This document shows, piece after piece, positions 36,741-49,930 of a stretch of 64,000 nt of DNA. The stretch spans positions 3,559,440 through 3,623,439 of the forward strand of contig NC_057760.1 of the NCBI RefSeq assembly GCF_004010195.1, read 5' to 3'. This stretch comes from Chiloscyllium plagiosum (Eukaryota). The notes beneath the pieces were generated by a model. That model did not search any database. It saw nothing but the letters and a program-made list of their open reading frames with translations, and was not told the origin of the DNA. A program made the translations under genes and the position numbers. The number at the start of each line of letters is the position of its first letter. Position 1 is the stretch's first letter.

Positions 36741-37359
36741 AAAACAGTCTGGCACATATCTCAAAACTCTCCTGCATTTAGTAAGGGAATAGGGAATATG
36801 ACAGGGACTGAGAGAAGGGAGCAGTAAAGACAACTCTATTTTGAGAGAAACAGGGAAAGTACCTGGTATATTTGGAAAGCGTGTACGTGAAAAGAAGAAA
36901 GTAAATTTGCAGCAAATGCAAAGAGAAAAATATTTAAGCAAACTATGGAGTGAATTAGAGCCACAGTGATATATTTGTATAGGGTGCAAGACGAAGACAG
37001 TGGAGATTACAGAGAAGAAAAGCCAGAAGGAAAGCTCATATAGATCTGCCAAGAATAGATGTAGAAGCCAGATATATAGGAATCTTTATAAGCAGCAGAA
37101 ATAAAATTTTAAAAATCAGGTGGAGTGAGAAAACAAGGCAGTGGAGCAAGGAACTTCAATAATAAGAGAAGGAAATATTTAGCACAATCGTGCTACTGTT
37201 CCAGTGTGAACATCAAGCTCTCTGGCTCCAGCATACTCTGCACCCTTCGAGTCAGGGGCATAAACATTGGAGGCAGGTCAGCGCTGGATGGAGTGAAAGA
37301 TTTGGGAATGTGAGGACCTTGATTGCCAGACGCTGCTGATCTAACATTTGTTTGTACCC

Positions 37360-37411
37360 ATGGCGTTAAACAGATTCTCCTTTGTGCTCTACCTATTCAT
37401 TTTGTGGAAAG
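37360..37411 (+). CDS. ITGA10: Integrin alpha (probably alpha-10) coding exon 1, signal peptide MALNRFSFVLYLFILWK-G
   Basis: ATG in cccATGG context, 52 nt hydrophobic peptide ending in phase 1 at a strong donor AG|GTAAGG. Joins in frame to the exon at 51398; 17 aa + split Gly matches the ITGA10/ITGA11 leader layout. Confidence 0.78.
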
Positions 37412-39227
37412 GTAAGGAATATGTTTTTTCTTTCCTTTTCCCTTCTCTCTCTCCCATCCTCCTTATGTGTCCTTATGTCACTTTGCTTTTCTCCCCTTTC
37501 ACATTTTTTACTGCTCCATTTCTGTCATTCATATTTTTCCCTCAAATATTTTATTCTCAGGATCAGAAAAGAAAGGGAATGAGAAAGAGTGATATGAGAG
37601 TGGTGCGGCTGCTACAGGTAGCTCACACAGCAAAGGAACAGTGTGACCCTCGTGATATGTAGTGGAATTTCTTTGGTTTGATGAGAGTTCTTTCACTTTA
37701 CAGCTTCGTTCTGTGGTGCTTTTCCTGTATCAGTTCAATAGGCTAAAGGTACTTTTGTTTCAAATAGTGGTTGACCCTCAACAAAGAGAGTGTGTGCCAG
37801 TTGTGGGGAGTAACTGAGCTGTAGTGTAGAAAGATCCAGTTTGATTTGAGTAGAGGTTCCAGGAACAGGGTTTGGCTGAGGGAAGTCATTGAGGTTCAGA
37901 TGAATGAACGGAAAGAGGTATGTTCTCAGGTTATGTACAACATCAGCAACTTGTACTCATGTAGTTGCTTTAATGTTATAACGCTCCACAAGATCATTAT
38001 AAAGCAATATTTTGACACTTATCTATTTAAGGAGGTATTAAGGTAGATAGGAACAATTATTCTGATACCAAGCCATTTAAAGAGACATTAGTGTAGATAG
38101 AAACATAGGAACAGAAGGGGGCCATTCAGCCCATTGAGCCTTCTCCGCCATTTAGAGTCATAGAGTCATACAATATGGAAACAGGCTGTTTGGTCCAACT
38201 CGTCTATGCTGACCAAATTTCCCAAACTAAACTATTCTTACTTGCCTGCATTTGGCCCATATCCCTTTCCGGTTCATGTACCCGTCCAAATGGCTTTTAA
38301 ATGTTGTAACTATAGCTACATTTACCATTTCCTCATATGAACTACCCTGCATGTGAAAACGTTGCCCCGCAGGTCCCTTTTAAATCTTTCTCCTCTCACC
38401 TTTAAATTATGCCTCATAGTTTTGAACTCCCTCACCCTGGGGAAAAGACCTTTGCTATTCCTCATGTCTATGTCCCTCGTGATTTGATAAACCATGGCTG
38501 ATGGAAGGCCTCAGTGTCTTTTACTCTTCCATCCCCATAATCCTGTAACACCTCCCCTCACTACAGTTTGCCATGGTCTGTACCAACTTTTCCCATGCAA
38601 CGTTCTGCTGTCCATCTCATTCATTTTGCAATTGGCCTTTTTAGTGCAAGTCTCTTGGAATATGCAGCAGGAGAGGTGGAAGTGATCCCTGTTCCTGGGA
38701 CTTTGTGATGTCCATGCCACTAATCACGAGCAGTGCACCATTTAAGACACTACAAGTCAGGAACAGTTCCTCACAAGGTGATAGTCCACTGTTATTGCCA
38801 AGACCATAGCCCAGGAAGGGAAGCTGGCACCTCATTTCACCAGCAGGAAATGACTTGGTGATGGTAAGAGGGTCAGTGCTCTTTCCTGCTGACCAGCAGA
38901 GGAGGCCAACTCACTAGATTCAGCCAGCCTGGAGTGAGATAGCAACTGGGGTCACTACAGTGTGTGGGGTGAATCACAGTCCTCAACAGAACAAGGTGAA
39001 GGTGAGTGATCTCTGCTGTCGATACAGTTAAATACCACTTCTGTCTGTGGCCACTCACTCAAACTCTGCAACAGCGTACTCATCTCGCTAACCCTTCTAC
39101 ACCCTGAACCACCCTACCCTACCCCACCCTACCCCAGACAGAAATCCTCACAACATAACATGATTAACATAACTGTAATCCTCTGACTAGTTGTACCTCC
39201 CAGCAGGACTGACCATGGCCAAATTCT

Positions 39228-39450
39228 TCGAGGAGAAAGTGAGGTCTGCAGATGCTGGAGATCAAAGTTGAAACTTTATTGCTGGAACAGCACAGCAGGT
39301 CAGGCAGCATCCAGGGAACAGGAGATTCGACGTTTCGGGCACAGGCCCTTCTTCAGGAGGGCCTGAAGAAGGGCCTGTGCCCGAAACGTCGAATCTCCTG
39401 TTCCCTGGATGCTGCCTGACCTGCTGTGCTGTTCCAGCAATAAAGTTTCA
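39228..39450. mobile_element. Short palindromic PLE terminal-repeat insertion (ITGA10 intron 1)
   Basis: 90-bp inverted arms 39268-39357 and 39362-39451; TSD ACCATGGCCAAATTCT at 39212-39227 and 39451-39466. Confidence 0.9.
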
Positions 39451-40795
39451 ACCATGGCCAAATTCTGGACTGTAGCTGGACGAGTCAGTACTACCTGACT
39501 GACCACGGTCCACTTCGATTCTACTAGGGACTGGTCCCCTTTGATGTTCAGACCTGGTCATTTTGTTGAAACACATGCTATGGTCTTAAGCTGTGGCTGT
39601 GACATTGATCCCACATGGTGCTGTACAGGAACATGTTCACCCCCTTGACTGTTCAGTACTCCACTGCTTTTCCCAATGTGTTAAAAGGAACCGCACACCT
39701 TGGAGGCTGGCAGGTTCCAAATAGGTGTACAATGAGTGAGCATTAAGAAATGAAGCTGAGAGCCATAAGGTGCATTCTGTGTGAGCATATATGATGTCCC
39801 TGAACACAAAGCAACCCAGGAGGAAGCATGCAGGTCACAAGACCCCTGGAGCTCCAGGCTGAAGTCCTGAAGGTCTGAGAGTTGGACCAAGTGGGACAAT
39901 GTGGTCAGGCTGGTGGTTTGTTGATGCCAACTTGCATGGACAAAGGGTTGAGAAGGAAGGTGTCCTTGGAACCTGCAGGTGCTTGGTTGTGCAGACAGAC
40001 TTGGATGAAGACCCAGGGAAGAAGGGGAGAGCTGCTGCAATATAACTACCCTCACTGTTGTCTTGAAGATGGAGAGGAGAATTAGGAACACCCCATGGAA
40101 ATAAGGATATTTGTAACTAATAATGAGATTCAAATATGTGGCAATAAGGTAGTCACTGCTGATTAGCAAGATTCTGAACTTACTGTTTAAACTTTAAGGA
40201 GAAAATCAGATAGCTTTTTCTCGATGTCAAGAATCTGAATTTTTCACTTTTGCTTTATTTTCCCAAATTTCCCACTGCCCATGCCACAAAAGAGAATAGG
40301 AAATCCTGCCCATTGAGGATTAGAGAGATGATGTTAAACCAGAAAGAGTGCAGAAAAGATTTACAAGGATGTTACCAGGGTTAGAGGGTTTGAGCTATCG
40401 GTAGAGGCTGAACAGATTGGGGCTGTTTTCCCTGGAGCGTGGGAGGATGAGGGTGACCTTATAAAGGTTTATAAAATCATGAGGGGCATGGATAGGGTAA
40501 ATAGTTAAGGTCTTTTCCCTGGGATGGGGAAGTTCAAAACTAGAGGGCATTGGTTTAAGGTGAGAGGGGAAAGATTTAAAAGTGACCTAAGGGCCAATGT
40601 TTTCACACAGAAGGTGGAGTGTGTATGGAATTAGCTGCCAGAAGTGGTGGAGGCTGGTACAATTACAACATTTAGAAGGCATCTGGATGAGTATATGAAT
40701 AGGTAGGGTTTAGAGGGAAATGGGGGAAACGCTGCCAAATGTGACCAGCTTAATGTAAGATATGTGATCATCATGGATGAGCTGGACGGTGCTCT

Positions 40796-41151
40796 TAGAA
40801 TCATAGAATCCTTACAGTGTGGAACCTGGTCATTTGGCCCAACAGGTCTATACCTACCCTCCAAAGAGGATCCCACCCAAACCCGTTCCCCTACCCTATT
40901 ACTCTACATATCCCCTGACTAATGCACCTAACCTACACATTCCTGAATACTATGGGCAATTTAGCAAGGCCAATCCACCTGATCTGCGCATCTTTGGACT
41001 GTTGGAGGAAACCCGAGCACCAGGAGGAAACCCACGCAGACACAGGGAGAATGTGCAAACTCCACACAGTCAGTCGCCCGAGGGTGGAATCGAATCCTGG
41101 CTCTGGTCCTGGCCCTGTGAGGCAGCAGTGCTAACCACTGAGCCACCGTGT
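40796..41151 (-). mobile_element. HE1-like V-SINE inserted in the 3' end of a CR1 LINE (40325-41175, + strand)
   Basis: Head, V-domain and (ATTCTATG)-type tail; TGCTCT duplicated at 40790-40795 and 41152-41157. Confidence 0.88.
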
Positions 41152-42699
41152 TGCTCTGTACATCTCTATGACTCAATGTCCTCATTGATACCATTCCTAT
41201 TACTCACTCAGCATCCGTATTCTCGCTGACCTACATTAGATCCCAATAGCTCTCAGAAGGTAAGCAGCTGCAGATTGTGATGAGGTTAATACATTTTGTG
41301 TTTTCACCAAACCCTACAATTTTGGTCATTTTGCCAGTACCAGCAGTCTGGTAGTATTTGTGATTGGGTGGAGTACATAGGAGGGAATTGCAGAATTTGG
41401 GGCTTTGGCAGCTGAAGGTGCAGCACTAGAAGTGAAGCAATTAAAGCCGGGGCTGTTCAAGAGTTCAAGAAGAATTCAAGGAACACCGATTATTTTAGAG
41501 CTGGAGGAGATTTCAGAGTTATCAAAGGTCTCTGAAGGCTTTGTGAGAATAAGAGATACGGAACTGTGAGCCAGTGTAAGTCAGTGTGCACACGGATGAT
41601 GGGGGAACTGGATTTGTTGTGAGTAAGGACATGGGCACCAGGGCTTTGGATGACCTCAAGTTGATGACAGAGTAAGAAATGGATGACTGGCTAGCAGAAT
41701 GCTGGAATATGGTCTAGAAGTAGTGAAGACGTGGGTGATAATTCCAGTGCAGTAGAGCTGAGGGAGGGTCCTAGACTTCACTGATGTCATAGAGGTGATC
41801 TTACAGCTAGACCAAGCATGTGACTGGAAGCTCATCTCTGGGTTAAAAGTCACAGCAAGGTTATGAGCTAAACTTGGTTCAGTCTTCCTTGATAATACTA
41901 AGTTATTGCCTATCATTAAAGTTAATGTCAGGTGTGAGTGGGATACCTGAAATTGTTGCTGTGATTGGTGTCCGTGCTCTCAGGTCAAGAATTTTAAGTT
42001 GTGATCAAGTAGTGATGATGATGTCTATCCAAACCTGGACAGTTTGTGGCTTTCTCAAAGATCATTTCTCTTGCTTGTTCTATTGGCAGAGATCATTGTA
42101 CTTGGAACTAATGGTGGAATCTTATAGGTAGCTTAGAGAGGTCGAGAGTTGAGCCTGTTGCTGTGAAATATTCATTTGTGCTCTGCTGTTGAAGCTGTGT
42201 TAATATGATCTAAATAAACTTTTGCTTTTCACTGACATACAAGATAGTGGGAGGCTTATCAATGGTGATGCATTGGAAGGCCTGAGGCAAACAAATGTAA
42301 TATTTCTTCCACATGTTTTGTAGATGAAAGAACCTGTTCAAAATACTTCCTCCATCAGCCATGAAAATAAATAGCTGCAGCTTGCTTGTTAGGAGGTGAA
42401 TGCATTTTGTGGTTTCATGTAAACCTGCAATTTTGGATCTTTTTCCCTCAAAAACCACACTGGTAGCATGTGTGACTGGGAGGGGTTACCAGTGTGATGC
42501 AATGACTATTCATATCATTGGCGCACAATGTCCAGATCATGCTGTCTGTGTGCTAAGTCATAGCAACACGGGGTCCAATTAACTCTTGAACACTAACGAG
42601 ACAGTGTAGGTGCTGGATATTTAGAATTAACATGGAAGATGTTGGTTATACTCGGCTGTTTAGCCATGGAGAGAGAATAAGGGCTAAAGTTGAGTGAGT

Positions 42700-43790
42700 T
42701 GAGTCACAATATCATACAACACGGAAACAGACCCTTCTGTTCAACCAGTCCATATCAACCATAATCCCAAAGTTTACCAGTCCCATCTGCCTGCTCCTGG
42801 CCCATAGCCCTCCAAACCTTTCCAATTCATGGACTTATTCAAGTGTCTTTTAAATGTTGTAACTGTACCTGCATCCACCAGTTACTCTGGAAGTTCATTC
42901 CACACGCTAACCGCCCGTGGTGTGAAAAGATTGCCCCTCATGCCTTTTTAAAATTTTTCTCCCCTTGCTTTAAAAATATGACCCTTGGTCTTGAAATCCC
43001 CAACCCTAGGGAAAGGACACCTGCCATTCACCTTCCCTATACCCCGCCTGTTTTTATAAACATCTATAAGGTCACCTGTCAACCTCCTACACTATAGGGA
43101 AAAAAGTCCCAGCCTACCCAGCCTTATAACTGAAACCCTCCATTTCCGGCAAAATCCTGGTAAACCTGTTCTAAACCCACTCCGGTTTAACAGGCACAAC
43201 CAGAACTGCACACAGTGCTCCAGAAGAGGCCTCACCAACTTCTGAGAGAACCTCAGCATAACATCCCAACTCTTATACTCAAAAGATCTGAGCAATGAAG
43301 GCCGAATGCCTTCTTAACCACTGGAGCCTTGAAACTCACTTCCTGAAAAGATGGCGGAATGAATATCTTTGAATATATTTCAGGCAAAACTGGCTAGATT
43401 CTTGTTAAGTACAAGGGGGCATAACTACAAATTGAGGAGTGATAGATTTAAGACAGATATCAGAGGCAGGTTCTTTACACAGAGAGTGGTAAGGGCGTGG
43501 AATGCACTACCTGCTAATGTAGTCAACTCAGCCATATTAGGGAGATTTAAACAATCCTTAGATAAGCACATGGATGATGTGTGGATAGTGAAGGGGGACA
43601 AGCTGAGAATAGTTCACAGGTCGGCGCAACATTGAGGGCCAAAGGGCCTGTTCTGCGCTGTATTGTTCTGTGTTCTATGTTAAAGGTTCTCGGGGTAGGC
43701 CCAATTGCGAATTTGAGATGACAATTAGATCAGCCATGATCTTATTAAATGACGGCTCAGGCTGAAGGGGTTGAACGGCCTACTCCTCTT
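42700..43790. mobile_element. Cluster of CR1 LINE 3' fragments (42700-43320 minus; 43320-43790 plus, with a nested copy at about 43408-43680)
   Basis: ORFs 43092..43295 and 43369..43635 encode CR1 RT C-terminal motifs; recognisable tails. Confidence 0.8.
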
Positions 43791-45234
43791 TCACCTGTTC
43801 ATAATTTAAGGGAATATTCAATATGAAAGCTGATTGTGTTTCTCCTGTCAAGTGGGCTCACACATGCACGGGAATGTATTCTGGAACTGAATGTTTGACC
43901 AGCTTATTTCATTCCCTTACATTGCCCGTGAAGATGGTGAGACATATGAAGCACGTTTACAGCTGTTTGAAAATACAAACTCAAAGCTGCCAGTGGTGTT
44001 CAGACACAAATATCTAAGATAGTGGCAAGACTTAGGAGTTGGACACTGCAGCATCCCCTGTCCAGAACTCACAACTCGCTTGTGATAGGCAACAGATGTT
44101 TTATTGGAGTTGTTTATATCGGCTGTTTCAATGTTAAATGTTGATATTAAAGTGTGACAACAAAAATTTGAATAGGAAGTGTTTGCAGATTCTGAAAAAT
44201 GCATAAGAAAGTGCATACAAATAACTCCACACTTTAATACTGTGCTAATCTCAGAAATCTTTGCAATTGCATAGAACTCACATTCGCCACCTTCCCTGAC
44301 CCCCCCCACACCCATTGAAGCATGTACCAAACAACATGTACCTTTATAGATAATGTCTTATTCTGGAACAAGATTAGTAACTCTTTCCATCACTGCCTTA
44401 TTTGTAAGAATAAATTACCGTTTTAAACCACTGCACATGTTTCACCAAAATAAATACACACATGCAACAGCTGTGAGTTTTTTTTCTTGTAAATTCATAT
44501 TAAATGTATACTCAGGTAGCTAAGTAAAACAGGATACTGCAGTTTGGATTACTCCTTGAGAGGAATCAAAGTAATCAGTGAGAGGAGGTGAAAAAGCAAT
44601 TGCTGGTGTTTCTGGTGACGCAGCTAAATCGGAGTAGGGATATGAGTCTGGATGGAGAAATCAAAAAGAAGCTTGTTCTCTCCCAACAGTAGAGGCTCTG
44701 TCCCACCCTCCCCTCTCCACACAGGAAGAATCTTTCCCACCCACACTAAAAACATCAATATGTCAGAGGAATGCAGGAGCTGAGAGCTTTGAGAGACCTG
44801 GTTATATTCCTAATACACTACCTTGAATCTCCACTCAACCGTCTGCTGTGTTGTCTTCCAACACACTCTATTCTCATTCAACTTTAGTTCCACTGGAGTC
44901 ACCTCACTGTTGGTAAGAACTGCACCTGCCTTGCTACATTGGGTCTGAGCTGAAATCAGCCCCATTCACCCCTCTGGTATGTCAGAGGTTCAGTGACAGT
45001 CACACTACACAGAGAGGGCAGTAGCATTGTGGGCGGTGAGGTTCGACTTACATTGTATTGCTGCTGCACACTCAAACACAAGGAACCCACTTGGAGGTGA
45101 CATTCGGATAAGGTAAATTAATCACTAGCAACAATTATTCAGGACTCTCCATCTTGGAATGCAGCATCTGAATTTGTGTGTGCTGGAGTTGGTGAAACAG
45201 CTATTATGCCTTTGTTCTTGTCTGTCTACCTTTA

Positions 45235-45761
45235 AGATTAGATTCCCCTACAGTGTGGAAACAGGCCCTTCGGTCCAACCAGTCCACACCGACCCTCCAA
45301 AGAGTAACCCACCCAGACCCATTTCCCTCTGACTAATGGGCCTAACACTACGGGCAATTTAGCATAGCCAATTCAGCTGACCTGCACATTTTGGGCTGTG
45401 GGAGGAAACCGAAGTACCTGGAGAAACCCACGCAGACACGGGGAGAACGTGCAAACTCCACACAGTCAGTTGCCCGAGGCTGGAATCGAACTTGGGTCCC
45501 TGGTGCTGTGAGGCAGCAGTGTTAATCACTGAGCCACTATGCCACCCTGAGAATGTACAAACTCCCCATAAACAGTTGCCCGAGGCTGGAATCGAACCTA
45601 GGTTCCTGGCACTGTGAGGCAGCAGTGCTAATCACTGAGCCATTATGCCACCCTGAGAATGTGCAAACTCCCCATAGACAGTTGCCCAAGGCTGGAATCG
45701 AACCCAGGTTCCTGGCACTGTGAGGCAGCAGTGCTAACTGTGTGATGATGCTGTCACCCCT
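45235..45761 (-). mobile_element. HE1-like V-SINE with triplicated 5' head
   Basis: Full body 45235-45549 plus two extra head units of about 105 bp (45550-45654, 45655-45761). Confidence 0.88.
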
Positions 45762-45772
45762 CATTGGGATAA

Positions 45773-46643
45773 TGTGCTAGAAATCAAACCCTGCTATTCT
45801 CAGAGTTATTACTTTGAAAAGTATGAAGAACTCACTAATTCCTCTGTCTTTTAAACCCAGGTTAACAGAAAGCATAGACCAGGTTTCTGTACTTAACAAT
45901 GACTGCTTATTATAAATAAATAGATTCTAATTATAGGTAAACAATTCTAAACCATTGACATATAACTGTACTTGTTAAACTCTAAAGCTTCCCCTCTATA
46001 CACATATACAGACAGACACAGAAACAATGGGGTGTTCTGGGCAGTTGGAAAGACTGGGAAGGCAGTTCAGTGGGTCCTGTCCACTGGGTTTGCTGAGATA
46101 ATCCCCTTGATCAGAATGCTGCTTCTCAGTCTCCCTTCTCCAGAGATGTTCACTTATTTGCAGGAGGCACAGGGTGACTGGTTCGCACCTGTAAAGGTCT
46201 CTGCCTTATTAAACATCACGCTGCAACAGGGGAAATAAACTGGTCAACTTCAGGCTGGAGAAACTTTATAGTGCAGAGATAAAACAGCTCTTTCCCTTCC
46301 AGAAATCCAGTAGTTTCTGTCCTGAATATTCACACCCCCAAGCTGTTCCGCTGCCTGAGAGCCAATCACATCATAGTTATCAGGCAAAAGCTTTTGCCTT
46401 TGATAATTGGCCACTGTTTCACAACCAATCAGATACATGCTGTTGGCCTATCTCTCCCTAGTTCCAGCTAGTCTCTAACTAGACTTCCACATTGCTTGAA
46501 CCAACAGCTGTGTAAGCAGCACTTACAATGAGCATCAGCTAACCTGCCTTTTTTTAAAAATGCAGCAGTCATTGGTTTTCAAACCAGTTCTTTTTCCCAT
46601 TTTAGTCGACAATCAAAAACCAGAAAATATAATGGTCCTTACA
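45773..46643. repeat. Possible solo LTR
   Basis: Starts TGTG and ends CCTTACA; about 870 bp with an internal CCAAT/AATAAA-type layout like the LTR at 31063. No clean TSD seen. Confidence 0.3.
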
Positions 46644-46849
46644 ATGTAGGCAGCTGGAAAGCTGTGCTATAATAATGCTAGATGTGACTAATATGGTCTG
46701 TTTCTCATAATGCAATGTCCTTGTCTTTTCTGCTTTGTTCTTCCTCAAGGCATGAAAGTAGATAGCTGGCAGAGAGTTTGTGAAACATAACTGAAAATCA
46801 TTTGCTTTGCTTCAGTGGGTTCACTGGGTTCTGCAGGTTTTTCTGATTT

Positions 46850-47040
46850 TAAACATTGCTCCTGAGTATATAATCCAGTCCCACCCTTCAGTGCAGTACT
46901 TAGGGGATGCTGTCCTGTTTTTGGAAGGGCCGTTAAATTGAGGCACTATCTCTTACAGGTGGATATGAAAGACTCAATGGCATAATTTGAAACACACCAG
47001 TTATTCTAGCCAATATTTATTCTTGAAACAACACTATTCA
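46850..47040 (+). mobile_element. Ancient Deu-domain-type SINE fragment (SacSINE1-like)
   Basis: CAGTGCAGTACTTAGGGGATGCTG...CGTTAAATTGAGGC...CAGGTGGATATGAAAGAC recurs, diverged, on the minus strand at about 4960-5215, 17600-18020, 32990-33260, 35100-35430 and 50855-51090. Family assignment is from recall of the consensus. Confidence 0.5.
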
Positions 47041-47869
47041 AATACTTCATGTGCACTGACATCCCATTTTGAGGGCCCATTTCCTACACTTTTCAAGGCC
47101 TCAGCCTCCTTTGTGCCCAGCTGCACAAAAGCCTGGAGCAGCTTCCAGTAGCTCATTCATCGCAGTGAATGTTGGCAGGGCTGCTTGAAGTTACGATGCC
47201 TTCTTAGAACTAATCTAATTCTCACTGACACCTACATGGATATTTTCCAGGAGACACTAGTTGAGTTTTCCATCCTTCAGAATAGACGTAGACAGGGCCC
47301 CAGTGCTACTGCAGGTGTCTAATTTTTCACATTTAAGTTGCTACCATTGTTTCTCTTAGACAGGATTATTGATTACAAATAGCCACATTCTGGATTGTCT
47401 GTAGTAGAAAATTCAGATCAGGCTCCAGGATTGTCTGGCACTCAGCCTTGAATTTAACTGGTGAAAGAAGATGAACTTACATCCTAAAAGCACTGACAAA
47501 GTCCTGCCAAACTCCTGTGGGAACAGGCTGTGGTGTGGAATTTATGAGATGACTAAAATTAGTGAATTTTTCTTTGTTTTGTTGGAAAAGGAAGAAAATT
47601 TAGAAATATGTAATTTGAACGAGGTATTGAGTAAGGTTCAGAGAGGTTCAGTCTCTGGCATGTGAGAAGCAGCAGTGAGGTAGTCCCACTAGTAAAGATG
47701 AGATCACTGTTTAATACTGGGACTATTGGCTCCTAACATATAGCATTAATCCTCACTCTTATTTTTATTTTACGTTGGTAGAATGGTAGAAAACCTGGGC
47801 AGAAAAATGTAACAGTTTTTTAGACATTGTTCCGTTTCTCCTACAGTACTGACTTTTACTGGGGACTGT

Positions 47870-48410
47870 TCCATGTGCACGTGGGGCTTTTTGGTCCCCT
47901 GATCTAAGAAAGGATAAACTGGCATTGTAGGCAGTGCAGAGAAAGTTCACTGGCCTGATGCTGGATTTGGAGAACAGATTGAGTAGGGTGCACCTGTATC
48001 CATTGGAATTTCAATGAATGGGAGGTGACCTAATTGAAACCTACAAGACACTTAGGGGGCTTTACAGGGTGGATGTGGGGTGGTTGTTTCCCCTTGTAGG
48101 AAAGTCTAAGATTAGAGGGCATAATCTCAGAGTAAGGAGTCACCAATTGAAGGCAGAGATGAGGAGGAATTTCTTCGCTCATGGGATAGTGAATCTGTGG
48201 AATTCTTTACTACAGAACATTGTTGAGGCTGGGCCATTAAGTTTATATAAGGCTGAGATAAACAAATGCTTAATCTGCAAGGGAATACGGGGTTATGGGA
48301 AGTGGCAAGACAGTGGAATAGAAGATTATCATCTCAGCCATGATCCTATTGCATGATGGAGCATACTCAATGGGCTGCATGACCTCCTTCAACTCCCACA
48401 TCTCATGGTC
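47870..48410 (+). mobile_element. CR1 LINE 3' fragment
   Basis: ORF 48018..48356 GDLIETYK...RGHNLRV...RRNFF...VNLWNSL. Further CR1 fragments at 6360-6720, 34855-35100, 38095-38495, 49030-49450, 51965-52490, 60940-61225 and 63885-64000. Confidence 0.85.
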
Positions 48411-48694
48411 AGGTCCTAGTGACTTAACATTCCCCTGAGCTTACATGTGTGTTGTTGCGTTATCAACTGTATAAAATATCACAGCTTAATTCTGTTCTCA
48501 TCTGGCATCCAGAAGCACATCCCAACACCGCTTGCATGATAAACATCAAGGATATCTCTGGATGATATTTTATTAATTTACATTGTCTTTCAACACTACA
48601 AAAGAAAAACCAAGTATGGCAATTTAAACTTGACCTGACTGCTAATACCTAATTTAGCAAGATTACAAGCAAAGCCCTAAGAAAGGATTTTTTT

Positions 48695-49017
48695 TTAGAT
48701 TTTTTTAGATTAGATTACATTACAATGTGGAAACAGGCCCTTCGGCCCAACATGTCCACACCGACCCGCCGAAGCGCAATCCCACCCATACCCCTACATT
48801 TACCCCTTACCTAACACTACGGCAATTTAGCATGGCCAATTCACCTGACCTGCACATCTTTGGACTGTGGGAGGAAACCGGAGCACCCGGAGGAAACCCA
48901 CGCAGACACGGGGAGAACGTGCAAACTCCACACAGACAGTCGCCTGAGGCGGGAATTGAACCCGGGTCTCTGGCGCTGTGAGGCAGCAGTGCTAGCCACT
49001 GTGCCACCGTGCCGCCC
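48695..49017 (-). mobile_element. Young full-length HE1-like V-SINE
   Basis: GGGCGGCACGGTGGCACAGTGG (A box), GGTTCAATTCC (B box), V-domain and (TCTAA)n tail; retains many CpGs. Confidence 0.92.
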
Positions 49018-49930
49018 ATCATTTATCATAATGATTCCAGGGATGAGGAAAGATAAATTGGATGAGCTAAGCTGTTGCTGCTGAAAAGAGAGAAGATAGC
49101 AATGTTTAAATCATGAGGGGCCAAGAGAAAGTTGATGGGGAGGAATGGTTCTGTTTGGCTGGAAAGCCGAGAACCAGAGCAGTGATACAAGGTGATTGGC
49201 AGAAGACCCTGAAGCAATATGTATATGAACTTTGGTATGGAGTGAGTGGTTAGGATCTGGAATGCACTGCCAGAGATTGTGGGAGAAGCAAGGATTGTGG
49301 TTTGGAAAAGGAAATTGGATAAACACCTGGACAGACAACTTTTGCAGGGCTGTGGGTAAAAGGCAAGGGTGTGGAACTAGATAAATGACTCTTGATGAGA
49401 GCTAGGAGGGACTTGGCTGGCCAAATGGCCACCTCCTGCCACGGTTTCATATCCTTCAAGGAAAGTGTCGTATAACTCATCACTGAATTCCCTCTGCTCC
49501 TTCCCCAATCTGCATCATTTCATTCCAAGTCTTTGTTTGCTTGAAATCACATGAGGATTTAGTTTCCCAGCCTTAGTACTTACACAGGCACTTCATTTTG
49601 CAATACATCTACTTCACTGGTTTTGTTATTAGACCGCCTGAGTCAAGGAGCTTCGATACATTGAGCTAAGTATTTGTCTCTTGTTGAGAACATTGGTTCT
49701 AACGTTGTTCCTCAAACCTCTAATAGCTGGTGCACTTCTTAGTAGCTGACTTACTGAGCTCTCTGCTGCTTCTGGGATTGACCCTGAGAGAGCAGGAAGG
49801 ACCCATATTTGAACCTTTCTCGATGTAGAATTTGCTGCCTTTACCAGTTCCAGGTGGATATTAGATGGGAATGAGGATAGGATTGACCCTCTGCCTGATG
49901 TTTGCATTGAGGAACTGGAGGGTGGATTGA

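Noticed and set aside
37348..37662. 104-aa hydrophobic single-exon membrane protein
   Set aside because: Read-through of the integrin signal-peptide exon into a pyrimidine-rich intron past a strong GTAAGG donor.
48930..49017. tRNA genes at SINE heads (also 63012 and 45443-45761)
   Set aside because: A/B boxes run directly into V-domain SINE bodies; no complete cloverleaf identified.
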